A stretch of 64,000 bases of DNA from an uncultured Actinomycetota bacterium (lineage in GTDB: Bacteria > Actinomycetota > Actinomycetes > Propionibacteriales > Nocardioidaceae), in the NCBI GenBank assembly GCA_963714625.1, contig CAVQOY010000014.1, forward strand, positions 92,411 through 156,410. Direction: 5' to 3'. The position numbers and the translations under genes were made by a program. This document shows positions 24,353 through 32,768 of the stretch, one piece after another (the stretch's first letter is position 1; each line of letters begins with the position of its first letter). A model generated the notes under the pieces. That model did no database searches. It was not told the origin of the DNA and was given only the letters and a program-made list of their open reading frames with translations.

Positions 24353-26260
24353 ATGTCGCCGTTCCAGGGCCTCTCACGTCTGCCGGGTCTCCAGGGCCTG
24401 CCCGCCCATCAGGTCGAGCTCTTCGAGGCCCGGTTGGAACGGTGGTGGCCGGACCTCGTCGCGGGGCTGTCGGTCTACCCCGACCCCGAGGCCGTCGCCG
24501 GCCGGGTGGTGGAGCTGGCTGCCGCCGCCTTCGCCGCCCGCGACGCCGACCTCCACCACCTGGACCTGCAGCGCACCCTGCGTCCCGACTGGTTCCAGGA
24601 GCCGTCCGCGCTGGGGTACGCCGCCTACGCCGACCGGTTCGCCGACGACCTCCCGGGCGTGGCCGACCACCTCGACCACCTGGGCGCCCTCGGTGTGACC
24701 TACCTGCACCTCATGCCGCTGCTGCAGCCGCGTCCCGCCCCCAACGACGGCGGCTACGCCGTGGCCGACTACCGCTCCGTGCGCGAGGACCTCGGCACCA
24801 CCGAGGACCTCCGCACCCTCACGACCCGGTTGCGCGAGCGCGGCATCAGCCTCTGCCTCGACCTGGTGCTCAACCACGTCGCCACCGAGCACGAGTGGGC
24901 CCTCCGGGCGAAGGCGGGCGAGGACGAGTTCCGTGCCTACTTCCACCTCTTCCCCGACCGCAGCATGCCGGACGCCTACGAGCAGACGCTGCCGGAGGTC
25001 TTCCCCGACTTCGCTCCCGGCAGCTTCACCTGGGACGACGAGGTCGAGGCCTGGGTCTGGACGACCTTCAACAGCTACCAGTGGGACGTCGACTGGTCGA
25101 ACCCCGACGTCTTCTGCGCCTACGCCGACGTCGTGCTCCACCTGGCCAACCTGGGGGTCGAGGTGCTCCGCCTCGACGCCATCGCCTTCCTCTGGAAGCG
25201 GCTGGGAACCACCTGCCAGAACCAGCCCGAGGTCCACGCCCTGACCCAGGCGCTGCGCACGATGGTGCGGATCGCCTGCCCGGCGGTCGTGTTCAAGGCG
25301 GAGGCGATCGTCGGGCCCCGGGACCTGCCGGCCTACCTCGGCACGGGCGAGCACCACGGCAAGGTCAGCGATCTGGCCTACCACAACGGCTTCATGGTCC
25401 AGATCTGGTCGATGCTGGCCAGCCGGGACGTGCGACTGGCGACGTACGCCCTGCAGCAGCTGCCGGCGACCCCGCCGTCCGCGGCCTGGGTCACCTACGC
25501 CCGCTGCCACGACGACATCGGGTGGGCCATCGACGACGGCGACGCCGCAGCCATGGGCATCAGCGGGTTCTCGCACCGCGCCTTCCTGTCGGACTTCTAC
25601 TCCGGCGAGTTTCCTGGCTCCTGGGCCCGGGGGCTGGTCTTCCAGGAGAACGAGGAGACCCGCGACCGCCGCATCTCCGGCTCGCTGGCGAGCCTGGCCG
25701 GCCTGGAGTGCCGCGACCCGTGGGCGCTCAACCGGATCCTGCTCGTGCACAGCATGGTGCTCGGATTCGGCGGCCTGCCGGTGCTCTGGATGGGCGACGA
25801 GGTCGGCATGCTCAGCGACCCGCTGTGGGCCCGCGAGCCGGGCCACGAGGACGACAACCGCTGGGCGCACCGACCGAAGATGCCGTGGCGTCCCGACGGC
25901 ACGGTCGCTGACCCGCACGGTCTGCTGCCCCGCATCACCGCCCTGGTCGAGGCGCGCCGCAGCACCCCGCACCTGCACGCCTCGATACCCACCCAGGTGG
26001 AGTGGCCCGAGGACCCGGGCGTGCTCCTGACGGTCCGTGACCACCCGCAGGGGCCGCTCGTGGGCGTCTACAACGTCACCGACACCGGCCGGACCGTCAC
26101 CTCGGCGAAGCTGCGTCAGCTCGGGCTGCGGGGCCGGGTCGTCGACCGGTTCGTGGCCCACCGCGACCACCACGTGCAGCGGTCCAGGGGCGAGCACCAC
26201 CTCGACACCGCGCGCGAGATCGAGCTGCCGCCGTACGGCGCGATGTGGCTCACGGCCTGA
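24353..26260 (+). CDS. Amylosucrase (GH13 sucrose-utilising glucosyltransferase)
   Basis: GH13 catalytic blocks DLVLNHV, RLDAIAFLWK, FKAEAIV and YARCHDDIGW, with an amylosucrase-type N-terminal domain. Start MSPFQG (ATG 24353). Confidence 0.9.
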   Translation: MSPFQGLSRLPGLQGLPAHQVELFEARLERWWPDLVAGLSVYPDPEAVAGRVVELAAAAFAARDADLHHLDLQRTLRPDWFQEPSALGYAAYADRFADDLPGVADHLDHLGALGVTYLHLMPLLQPRPAPNDGGYAVADYRSVREDLGTTEDLRTLTTRLRERGISLCLDLVLNHVATEHEWALRAKAGEDEFRAYFHLFPDRSMPDAYEQTLPEVFPDFAPGSFTWDDEVEAWVWTTFNSYQWDVDWSNPDVFCAYADVVLHLANLGVEVLRLDAIAFLWKRLGTTCQNQPEVHALTQALRTMVRIACPAVVFKAEAIVGPRDLPAYLGTGEHHGKVSDLAYHNGFMVQIWSMLASRDVRLATYALQQLPATPPSAAWVTYARCHDDIGWAIDDGDAAAMGISGFSHRAFLSDFYSGEFPGSWARGLVFQENEETRDRRISGSLASLAGLECRDPWALNRILLVHSMVLGFGGLPVLWMGDEVGMLSDPLWAREPGHEDDNRWAHRPKMPWRPDGTVADPHGLLPRITALVEARRSTPHLHASIPTQVEWPEDPGVLLTVRDHPQGPLVGVYNVTDTGRTVTSAKLRQLGLRGRVVDRFVAHRDHHVQRSRGEHHLDTAREIELPPYGAMWLTA

Positions 26261-26337
26261 ACGCGTGTGCGGGGGCAGGGGCCCGGGCACGCTGTAGACA
26301 CCGGGCGTCGTACGGCGTCACCGACCCGAGGAGCAGC

Positions 26338-27279
26338 ATGTCCCGCACCACCGACTGGACCCCTGACCGCATCGGCGAGCTGAGCGGCACCCGAGCCGTC
26401 GTGACCGGGGCCAACAGCGGCATCGGTCTGCACACCGCCCGCGAGCTGGCCCGTCACGGCGCCGAGGTCACGCTGGCGGTCCGCACCCCGTCGAAGGGCG
26501 AGGCTGCCGCCGACGAGCTGCGCGCCGACCTGGCCGGTCGCGACGGCGCCGGCGAGGTCCGGGTCGCCGCGCTCGACCTGGGGTCGCTCGAGTCGGTCGA
26601 GAAGTTCACCGCCGACTGGCAGGGCCCGTTGGACCTGCTCGTCAACAACGCGGGCGTGATGACACCGCCCCGCTACCAGCAGACCTCCGACGGGTTCGAG
26701 CTGCAGTTCGGCACCAACCACCTCGGCCACTTCGCCCTCACCGGCCGGCTCCTCGGCGCTCTGCGCGGGGCCACAGCCCCGCGCGTGGTGACGGTGTCCT
26801 CGATCGCCCACCACGGCGGTCGGCCCGACGTGTGCGAGGGCAACCCGCGGGCCGGCTACAACGCGTCGCGGGGCTACAGCAACTCCAAGCTGGCCAACCT
26901 GCTCTTCGCCGCGGAGCTGCAGCGCCGGGCCGACGCGGCAGGCGTCGCGCTCACCTCGGTCGCCGCCCACCCCGGTGTCTCCGCGACGAACCTGGTCACC
27001 AGCGAGCAGGGCCTCGGCTCGATCCCGGGTGTCCGGATCGTCGCGCCCCTCTTCCTCAAGCTCGCCTTGCAGTCGGCGCGCGCGGGCGCGCTTCCCGTGC
27101 TGTACGCCGCCACCGTCGACGACCCGCCGGCCTACGCCGGACCGCAGGGGTTCCGGGAGAGCCGCGGGCGTCACCCCGGCGAGGCGCGGTTGCAGCCGTT
27201 GGCCCGCGACGCGGACCTCGCGGCGCGGCTCTGGCAGGTCAGCGAGGACCTGACGGGCGTCGGCTTCGACCTCGGCTGA
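26338..27279 (+). CDS. SDR family oxidoreductase
   Basis: VTGANSGIG (TGxxxGxG), NNAG and YSNSK (YxxxK). Start ATG 26338. Confidence 0.9.
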   Translation: MSRTTDWTPDRIGELSGTRAVVTGANSGIGLHTARELARHGAEVTLAVRTPSKGEAAADELRADLAGRDGAGEVRVAALDLGSLESVEKFTADWQGPLDLLVNNAGVMTPPRYQQTSDGFELQFGTNHLGHFALTGRLLGALRGATAPRVVTVSSIAHHGGRPDVCEGNPRAGYNASRGYSNSKLANLLFAAELQRRADAAGVALTSVAAHPGVSATNLVTSEQGLGSIPGVRIVAPLFLKLALQSARAGALPVLYAATVDDPPAYAGPQGFRESRGRHPGEARLQPLARDADLAARLWQVSEDLTGVGFDLG

Positions 27280-27528
27280 CCAGCGTCGCTCGTCGAGGGG
27301 TGATCGGACCAGGGAGGGGCCGGGGCGCACGCGCACGTGCCTCGGTCCGGGGGAACCAGAGGGTTCTGAACGGCGTTGGGGGGTCGCCGTCGGTCGCGGG
27401 CCCGCAGCAGCCTCCCTGGCCCGACCGGAGGACGGTACCCGTCTGCACGAGAGGGCGCAAAACCGCCCGCGGTCTGCCAGAGTGACCACCGACGGTCCAC
27501 ACGCGCTCGACTCCTCGGAGGTCCCCTC

Positions 27529-28896
27529 ATGACCCGAAACGACCGGCACCTGACCGAGGAGGCGCTGCGCGCCGCCATCGAGAAGGACGAGATCGACACC
27601 GTCGTGGTCGCCTTCACCGACATGCAGGGGCGCCTGGCGGGCAAGCGCCTGCACGCCCGCTACTTCCTCGACCACGTGCTGGGCGAGGGCAAGACCGAGG
27701 GGTGCAACTACCTGCTCGGCGTCGACGTGGACATGAACACCGTCGACGGCTACGCCATCACCTCGTGGGAGCAGGGGTACGGCGACATGGAGTTCGTCCT
27801 CGACCTCGAGACGATCCGCCTGCTGCCCAACGAGCCCGCGGCCGTCATGATCCAGTGCGACCTGACCTGGCCCGACCACACCCCGGTCGCCCAGTCGCCG
27901 CGGTCCATCCTCGCCGCCCAGATGAAGCGCGCCGCCGACCTCGGCTTCGTCGCCCTGGCCGGCACCGAGCTCGAGTTCATCATCATGGAGGACACCTACG
28001 AGGAGGCCTTCAACAAGGGCTACCGCGACCTCGTGCCCTCCAACCAGTACAACGTCGACTACTCGATCCTCGGCACCCACCGCGTCGAGCCGCTGCTGCG
28101 CGAGATCCGCAACACGATGTACGCCGCCGGCATGAACACCGAGGCCGCCAAGGGCGAGTGCAACTTCGGGCAGCACGAGATCGGCTTCCTCTTCGACGAC
28201 GTGATGGTCACTGCCGACAACCACGCCGTCTACAAAGAGGTCGCCAAGCAGATCGCCGTCAAGCACGGCAAGTCGATCACCTTCATGGCGAAGTTCAACC
28301 AGCGCGAGGGCAGCTCCTGCCACATCCACCTGTCGCTGCGCGGCAAGGACGGCGAGATCGTCTTCTGGGACGAGAAGGCCGGCAAGACCACCCCGCTCTA
28401 CGACCGCTTCGTCGCGGGCGTGCTGGCGACCATGCGCGACTTCACCCTGCTCTACGCGCCCAACATCAACTCCTACAAGCGCTTCGCCCACGGCTCCTTC
28501 GCTCCGACCGCCATCGCGTGGGGCAACGACAACCGCACCTGCGCGGTGCGGTTGGTCGGCGAGGGCCCGGCAGCGCGCATGGAGAACCGGGTGCCGGGCG
28601 GGGACGTGAACCCCTACCTCGCGCTGGCCGCCATGCTGGCCGGAGGCCTGCACGGCATCGAGAAGAAACTGGAGCTCGAGCCCCCGCTGACCGGCAGCGC
28701 CTACGACTCCGACGCCCCCAAGGTGCCGCACACGATGCACGAGGCGCGCGAGGCCTTCACGACCTCGAAGATCGCCCGCGCAGCGCTGGGCGACGAGGTC
28801 GTCGACCACTACACGAACATGGCCGACGTGGAGCTGGCCGACTACGACGCCATCGTCACCGATTGGGAGCTTCGGCGCGGTTTCGAGAGACTGTGA
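27529..28896 (+). CDS. Glutamine synthetase family protein, GlnA3/PuuA-like gamma-glutamylpolyamine synthetase
   Basis: GS catalytic blocks GSSCHIHLS, NINSYKR and ENRVPGGDVNPY. Context with an aldehyde dehydrogenase and a PuuD-like hydrolase. Start MTRNDR (ATG 27529). Confidence 0.88.
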   Translation: MTRNDRHLTEEALRAAIEKDEIDTVVVAFTDMQGRLAGKRLHARYFLDHVLGEGKTEGCNYLLGVDVDMNTVDGYAITSWEQGYGDMEFVLDLETIRLLPNEPAAVMIQCDLTWPDHTPVAQSPRSILAAQMKRAADLGFVALAGTELEFIIMEDTYEEAFNKGYRDLVPSNQYNVDYSILGTHRVEPLLREIRNTMYAAGMNTEAAKGECNFGQHEIGFLFDDVMVTADNHAVYKEVAKQIAVKHGKSITFMAKFNQREGSSCHIHLSLRGKDGEIVFWDEKAGKTTPLYDRFVAGVLATMRDFTLLYAPNINSYKRFAHGSFAPTAIAWGNDNRTCAVRLVGEGPAARMENRVPGGDVNPYLALAAMLAGGLHGIEKKLELEPPLTGSAYDSDAPKVPHTMHEAREAFTTSKIARAALGDEVVDHYTNMADVELADYDAIVTDWELRRGFERL

Positions 28897-28905
28897 CGTG
28901 GTGCT

Positions 28906-28993
28906 GAATTCACCGGGTCCCTGGTGAATTTGGCACTTCCCGAGCGATGTTTCCCTCGGGAAGTGCCGGTTTCACCAGGGACCCGGTGAAACC
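28906..28993. repeat. Two inverted copies of the 39-bp REP-like element forming an 88-bp hairpin
   Basis: Arms 28906-28944 and 28955-28993 are complementary at 33/39 positions, with a 10-nt loop CGATGTTTCC. Each arm holds its own TTCACC..GGTGAA mini-palindrome. Lies between the GS-like stop (28896) and the ALDH start (29033). Confidence 0.9.
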
Positions 28994-29032
28994 GGCGCCC
29001 ATCCGTTTCCCCGTCCCGAGGAGGACCCCGGC

Positions 29033-30400
29033 GTGAGCACGACCTACACCGTCCTGAACCCCGCCACCGCGGAGCCGGTCACCGAGGTGCAGCTGGCCTC
29101 CGAGGCCGACACCGACGCCCTCATCGAGCGCGCCCACGAGGCCTTCCCGGCCTGGCGCGACGTCGCGCCGGGTGAGCGGGCACGGCTGCTGCGACGCTTC
29201 GCCGCGCTGGTCGACGAGCACCTCGACGAGCTGGCCGAGCTCGAGGTCCGCAACGCCGGTCACACCTGGGGCAACGCCCGCTGGGAGGCCGGCAACGTCC
29301 GCGACGTCCTGAACTACTACTCCGCGGCCCCGGAGCGCATGCACGGGCGCCAGATCCCGGTCGCCGGCGGGATCGACGTCACCTTCCACGAGCCCCTCGG
29401 CGTGGTCGGGATCATCGTGCCGTGGAACTTCCCCATGCCGATCGCGGGCTGGGGTCTGGCACCAGCGCTGGCCGCGGGCAACACCGTGGTCCTCAAGCCC
29501 GCCGAGCTGACGCCCTTGACGGCCATCCGCATCGGCGAGCTCGGTCGGGAGGCAGGCCTCCCCGAGGGGGTGCTGACCGTCATCCCGGGCGCCGGCTCGG
29601 TGGTGGGCCACCGCTTCGTCACCCACCCCCTGGTCCGCAAGGTGTGCTTCACCGGCTCCACGGCGGTGGGCAAGCAGATCATGGCCGGAGCGGCCGACCA
29701 GGTGAAGCGGGTGACCCTCGAGCTGGGTGGCAAGTCGGCCAACGTGGTCTTCGCCGACGCCGACGTCGCCCGGGCGGCCGCCGCGGCGCCGTACGCCGTC
29801 TTCGACAACGCCGGGCAGGACTGCTGCGCGCGGTCGCGGATCCTCGTCGAGCGTCCGGCGTACGACGAGTTCCTGGGGCGCATGCAGGAGGCGGTCACCG
29901 GCATGCGGGTGACCGACCCCGGCTCCGACCGCGACAGCGAGATGGGCCCCCTCATCTCCGAGAAGCAGCGCGACCAGGTCACCTCCTACCTGACCGACGT
30001 CGACGTCGCATTCACCGGTTCCGCCCCCGACAGCGACGGCTTCTGGGTGCCGCCGACCGTCGTGCTGCCCCGCAGCACCGACGACGCGGTCTGGCGCGAG
30101 GAGGTGTTCGGCCCGGTCGTCGCCGTGCTGCCCTTCGACTCGGAGGAGGAGGCCGTGCGGATGGCCAACGACACCGAGTACGGTCTGTCCGGCTCGATCT
30201 TCACCTCCGACGTCGGACGCGCGCTGCGGGTGTCCCGCGGCATCTCGGCGGGCAACCTCAGCGTGAACTCACACTCCGCGGTCCGGTACTGGACGCCGTT
30301 CGGCGGCTTCAAGCAGTCCGGCCTCGGGCGCGAGCTCGGGCCCGACGCCCCGCTGGCGTTCACCGAGGAGAAGAACGTGTTCATCGCCGACGGCAGCTGA
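29033..30400 (+). CDS. Aldehyde dehydrogenase family protein (gamma-glutamyl-aminobutyraldehyde / aminobutyraldehyde DH-like)
   Basis: ELGGKSA and the catalytic Cys block FDNAGQDCCA. GTG start at 29033. Confidence 0.9.
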   Translation: MSTTYTVLNPATAEPVTEVQLASEADTDALIERAHEAFPAWRDVAPGERARLLRRFAALVDEHLDELAELEVRNAGHTWGNARWEAGNVRDVLNYYSAAPERMHGRQIPVAGGIDVTFHEPLGVVGIIVPWNFPMPIAGWGLAPALAAGNTVVLKPAELTPLTAIRIGELGREAGLPEGVLTVIPGAGSVVGHRFVTHPLVRKVCFTGSTAVGKQIMAGAADQVKRVTLELGGKSANVVFADADVARAAAAAPYAVFDNAGQDCCARSRILVERPAYDEFLGRMQEAVTGMRVTDPGSDRDSEMGPLISEKQRDQVTSYLTDVDVAFTGSAPDSDGFWVPPTVVLPRSTDDAVWREEVFGPVVAVLPFDSEEEAVRMANDTEYGLSGSIFTSDVGRALRVSRGISAGNLSVNSHSAVRYWTPFGGFKQSGLGRELGPDAPLAFTEEKNVFIADGS

Positions 30401-30480
30401 GCTCGGCTGCGTCCACGGCACCAGCACCCGCACCAGCACCCGCACCAGATCATCAACGCACCGCAGGGAAGGAACCGCTC

Positions 30481-31281
30481 ATGACCGTGCCCGAGAAGGG
30501 GCGCGCCGGGGGACGCGCAGGACGACTGGACGGCAAGGTCGCCGTCGTGACCGGGGGTGTCTCCGGCATCGGGCTGGCGACGGTCCGCCGCTTCCTCGAG
30601 GAGGATGCCACCGTCGTGGTCGGCGACCTCGACGACGCGCGCGGCGAGGCGCTGGCCGCCGAGCTGGGCTTCACCTACCTCCACACCGACGTGACGAGCA
30701 AGGAGGACGTCGACCGGCTCTTCACCTCGACCAAGGAGAGGTTCGGCTCGGTCGACGTCGCCTTCAACAACGCCGGCATCGCGCCGCCGGAGGACGACTC
30801 GATCCTCGACACCGACCTCGAGGCGTGGCGCAAGGTGCAGGAGGTCAACCTCACCAGCGTCTACCTGTGCTGCAAGGCAGTCCTGCCGATCATGATCGAG
30901 CAGGGCCGGGGGTCGATCATCAACACTGCGTCGTTCGTCGCGGTGATGGGTGCGGCCACCTCGCAGATCTCCTACTCGGCCTCCAAGGGTGGGGTGCTGT
31001 CCATGTCGCGTGAGCTCGGCGTGCAGTTCGCCCGCGACGGCGTGCGCGTCAACGCGCTGTGCCCGGGGCCGGTGAACACCCCGCTGCTGCAGGAGCTGTT
31101 CGCGCGCGACGCCGAGCGGGCCGCGCGGCGCCTGGTGCACGTCCCGATGGGCCGGTTCGCCGAGCCCGTCGAGATGGCGAACGCGGTGCTGTTCCTGGCC
31201 TCGGACGAGTCGTCGTTCATGACCGCCAACACCTTCCTGGTCGACGGCGGCATCTCGGGCGCCTACGTCACGCCGCTCTGA
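30481..31281 (+). CDS. SDR family oxidoreductase (3-oxoacyl-ACP reductase-like)
   Basis: VTGGVSGIGLA, NNAG and YSASK. RBS GGGAAGGAA lies before ATG 30481. Confidence 0.9.
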   Translation: MTVPEKGRAGGRAGRLDGKVAVVTGGVSGIGLATVRRFLEEDATVVVGDLDDARGEALAAELGFTYLHTDVTSKEDVDRLFTSTKERFGSVDVAFNNAGIAPPEDDSILDTDLEAWRKVQEVNLTSVYLCCKAVLPIMIEQGRGSIINTASFVAVMGAATSQISYSASKGGVLSMSRELGVQFARDGVRVNALCPGPVNTPLLQELFARDAERAARRLVHVPMGRFAEPVEMANAVLFLASDESSFMTANTFLVDGGISGAYVTPL

Positions 31282-31291
31282 GCGGTCCGTC

Positions 31292-32062
31292 ATGGTCGAG
31301 AGGGAAGGTGGGCGACGACCGCTCGTTGGGCTGACGACCTACCGCGAGACCGCGGTGTGGGGCATCTGGGACACCACCGCCGACGTGCTCCCGGCCGTCT
31401 ACGCGCGCGCTCTCGAGCTGGCCGGTGCCGCGGTGGTGCTGCTGCCTCCGCAGCACCCGGGCTCGGGGGCGGCCGAGGCGGTCGTCGCCGCCCTGGACGG
31501 GCTGGTGGTCACCGGCGGCGCCGACGTGTCACCGCACCTCTACGCCGCGGAGCCGCACGAGCGCACGCAGAGCTGGCGCGAGGACCGCGACGCCTGGGAG
31601 GTCGCCCTTCTGGCCGCGGCCGGTACGAGGCGGGTGCCTGTGCTCGGGATCTGCCGCGGCATGCAGGTGATGGCGGTCGCGGCCGGCGGCAGCCTCGAGC
31701 AGCACGTGCCGGACCGGGTGGGTCACGAGAACCACAGTCCGGGCGGGGACGTCTTCGGCGAGGTCGCGGTGGAGGTGTCGGCGAGCAGCCGGATCCACGA
31801 CCTGGTCGGCGACCGGTTGACGGTGCGCTGCCACCATCACCAGGGCGTGCTGGAGCACCCCGGATACGAGCCGGTGGCGTGGGCCGCCGACGGGACCCTG
31901 GAGGCGATGGAGCAGCCCGGCGACCGGTTCGAGGTGGCCGTCCAGTGGCACCCGGAGATGGTCGCCGACGCCGGCCTGTTCCGCGGGCTGGTGGACGCAG
32001 CCCGTGTCGCCTCCGCTGCCGTCGGCGGACGTCCCGCACCAGGGGTGTCCGACCCCGCTTAG
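31292..32062 (+). CDS. Gamma-glutamyl-gamma-aminobutyrate hydrolase family protein (PuuD-like, peptidase C26)
   Basis: Class I GATase triad context: GICRGMQ (Cys) and QWHPE (His). Confidence 0.85.
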   Translation: MVEREGGRRPLVGLTTYRETAVWGIWDTTADVLPAVYARALELAGAAVVLLPPQHPGSGAAEAVVAALDGLVVTGGADVSPHLYAAEPHERTQSWREDRDAWEVALLAAAGTRRVPVLGICRGMQVMAVAAGGSLEQHVPDRVGHENHSPGGDVFGEVAVEVSASSRIHDLVGDRLTVRCHHHQGVLEHPGYEPVAWAADGTLEAMEQPGDRFEVAVQWHPEMVADAGLFRGLVDAARVASAAVGGRPAPGVSDPA

Positions 32063-32125
32063 AATGCGCAGGCACAGTCGCCCGGACCGGTGGTCCGGCG
32101 CGCAGGGTCGACGAGAGGTGGGCGC

Positions 32126-32764
32126 ATGACCGGCACGACCGGACGTCAGACGGGCCGATCCGCGGGAGGGCACCTCTTCAGCGCCCGTGACCTCGCGCTC
32201 GTGGCGGTTTTCGCCGGTGTGATGGCGGCGCTGGGGCTCGTCCCGGCGTGGACCCCCCCTGGTTTCACGGTGCCGATCACCGCCCAGTCGATGGGTGTCA
32301 TGCTGGCCGGCGGCATCCTGGGTGGTCGCCGTAGCGCGCTCTCCATGCTGGTCTTCCTCGCGCTCGTCGCCATCGGCCTGCCCCTGCTCGCCGGTGGCCG
32401 CGGAGGCCTCGGCGTGTTCGCCGGGCCCTCGGTCGGCTTCCTGATCGGCTTCCCCGTCGCGGCGTACGTCGTGGGGGTGCTGTCGGAGCGCATGCGCGCG
32501 ACCACGTCCTCGGCGGGGCGTCTGGCGGCGGGTCTGGTGGCCAACATCGTGGGTGGCGTGCTCGTGCTCTACGTCTTCGGTGTCCTGGGCATGGCGGTCA
32601 ACCTGCGCATCCCGATCGACGAGGCGACGACCCTGCTGTGGGTCTTCATCCCCGGCGACCTGGTGAAGGCCGTGGTCGCGGCGCTCGTCGTCCGGGCCGT
32701 CCACACCGGCTACCCGGGTCTCCTCGACCGGCCGGAGCGACGGAAGCAGCCCTCCTCTGTCTGA
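32126..32764 (+). CDS. bioY: Biotin transporter S-component BioY
   Basis: BioY-like 6-TM pattern (PITAQSMGVMLAG, GPSVGFLIGFP, FIPGDLVKA). RBS GAGAGGTGG lies before ATG 32126. Confidence 0.85.
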   Translation: MTGTTGRQTGRSAGGHLFSARDLALVAVFAGVMAALGLVPAWTPPGFTVPITAQSMGVMLAGGILGGRRSALSMLVFLALVAIGLPLLAGGRGGLGVFAGPSVGFLIGFPVAAYVVGVLSERMRATTSSAGRLAAGLVANIVGGVLVLYVFGVLGMAVNLRIPIDEATTLLWVFIPGDLVKAVVAALVVRAVHTGYPGLLDRPERRKQPSSV

Positions 32765-32768
32765 GCCG

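Noticed and set aside
27336-27370. GAACC-agag-GGTTC / GTTCTGAAC upstream of the GlnA3-like gene, read as a GlnR box or a BioQ-like TGAAC-N3-GTTCA site.
   Set aside because: It matches neither the bipartite gTnAc-N6-GaAAc GlnR pattern nor the BioQ dyad well. It lies about 170 nt from the start codon. The evidence is too weak to report as a site.
30419-30448. A 12-bp tandem repeat (CACCAGCACCCG x2.5) between the aldehyde dehydrogenase and SDR genes.
   Set aside because: It is real but trivial: short, intergenic, with no dyad symmetry or coding consequence. It is not reported as a finding.
32082-32098. The CCGGACC-ggt-GGTCCGG hairpin upstream of bioY, read as a BirA/BioQ/BioR operator.
   Set aside because: It does not resemble the biotin-regulator operators I know (for example the TGAAC-N3-GTTCA type). 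It could equally be the terminator of the preceding puuD-like gene. It is mentioned only within the bioY operon finding.
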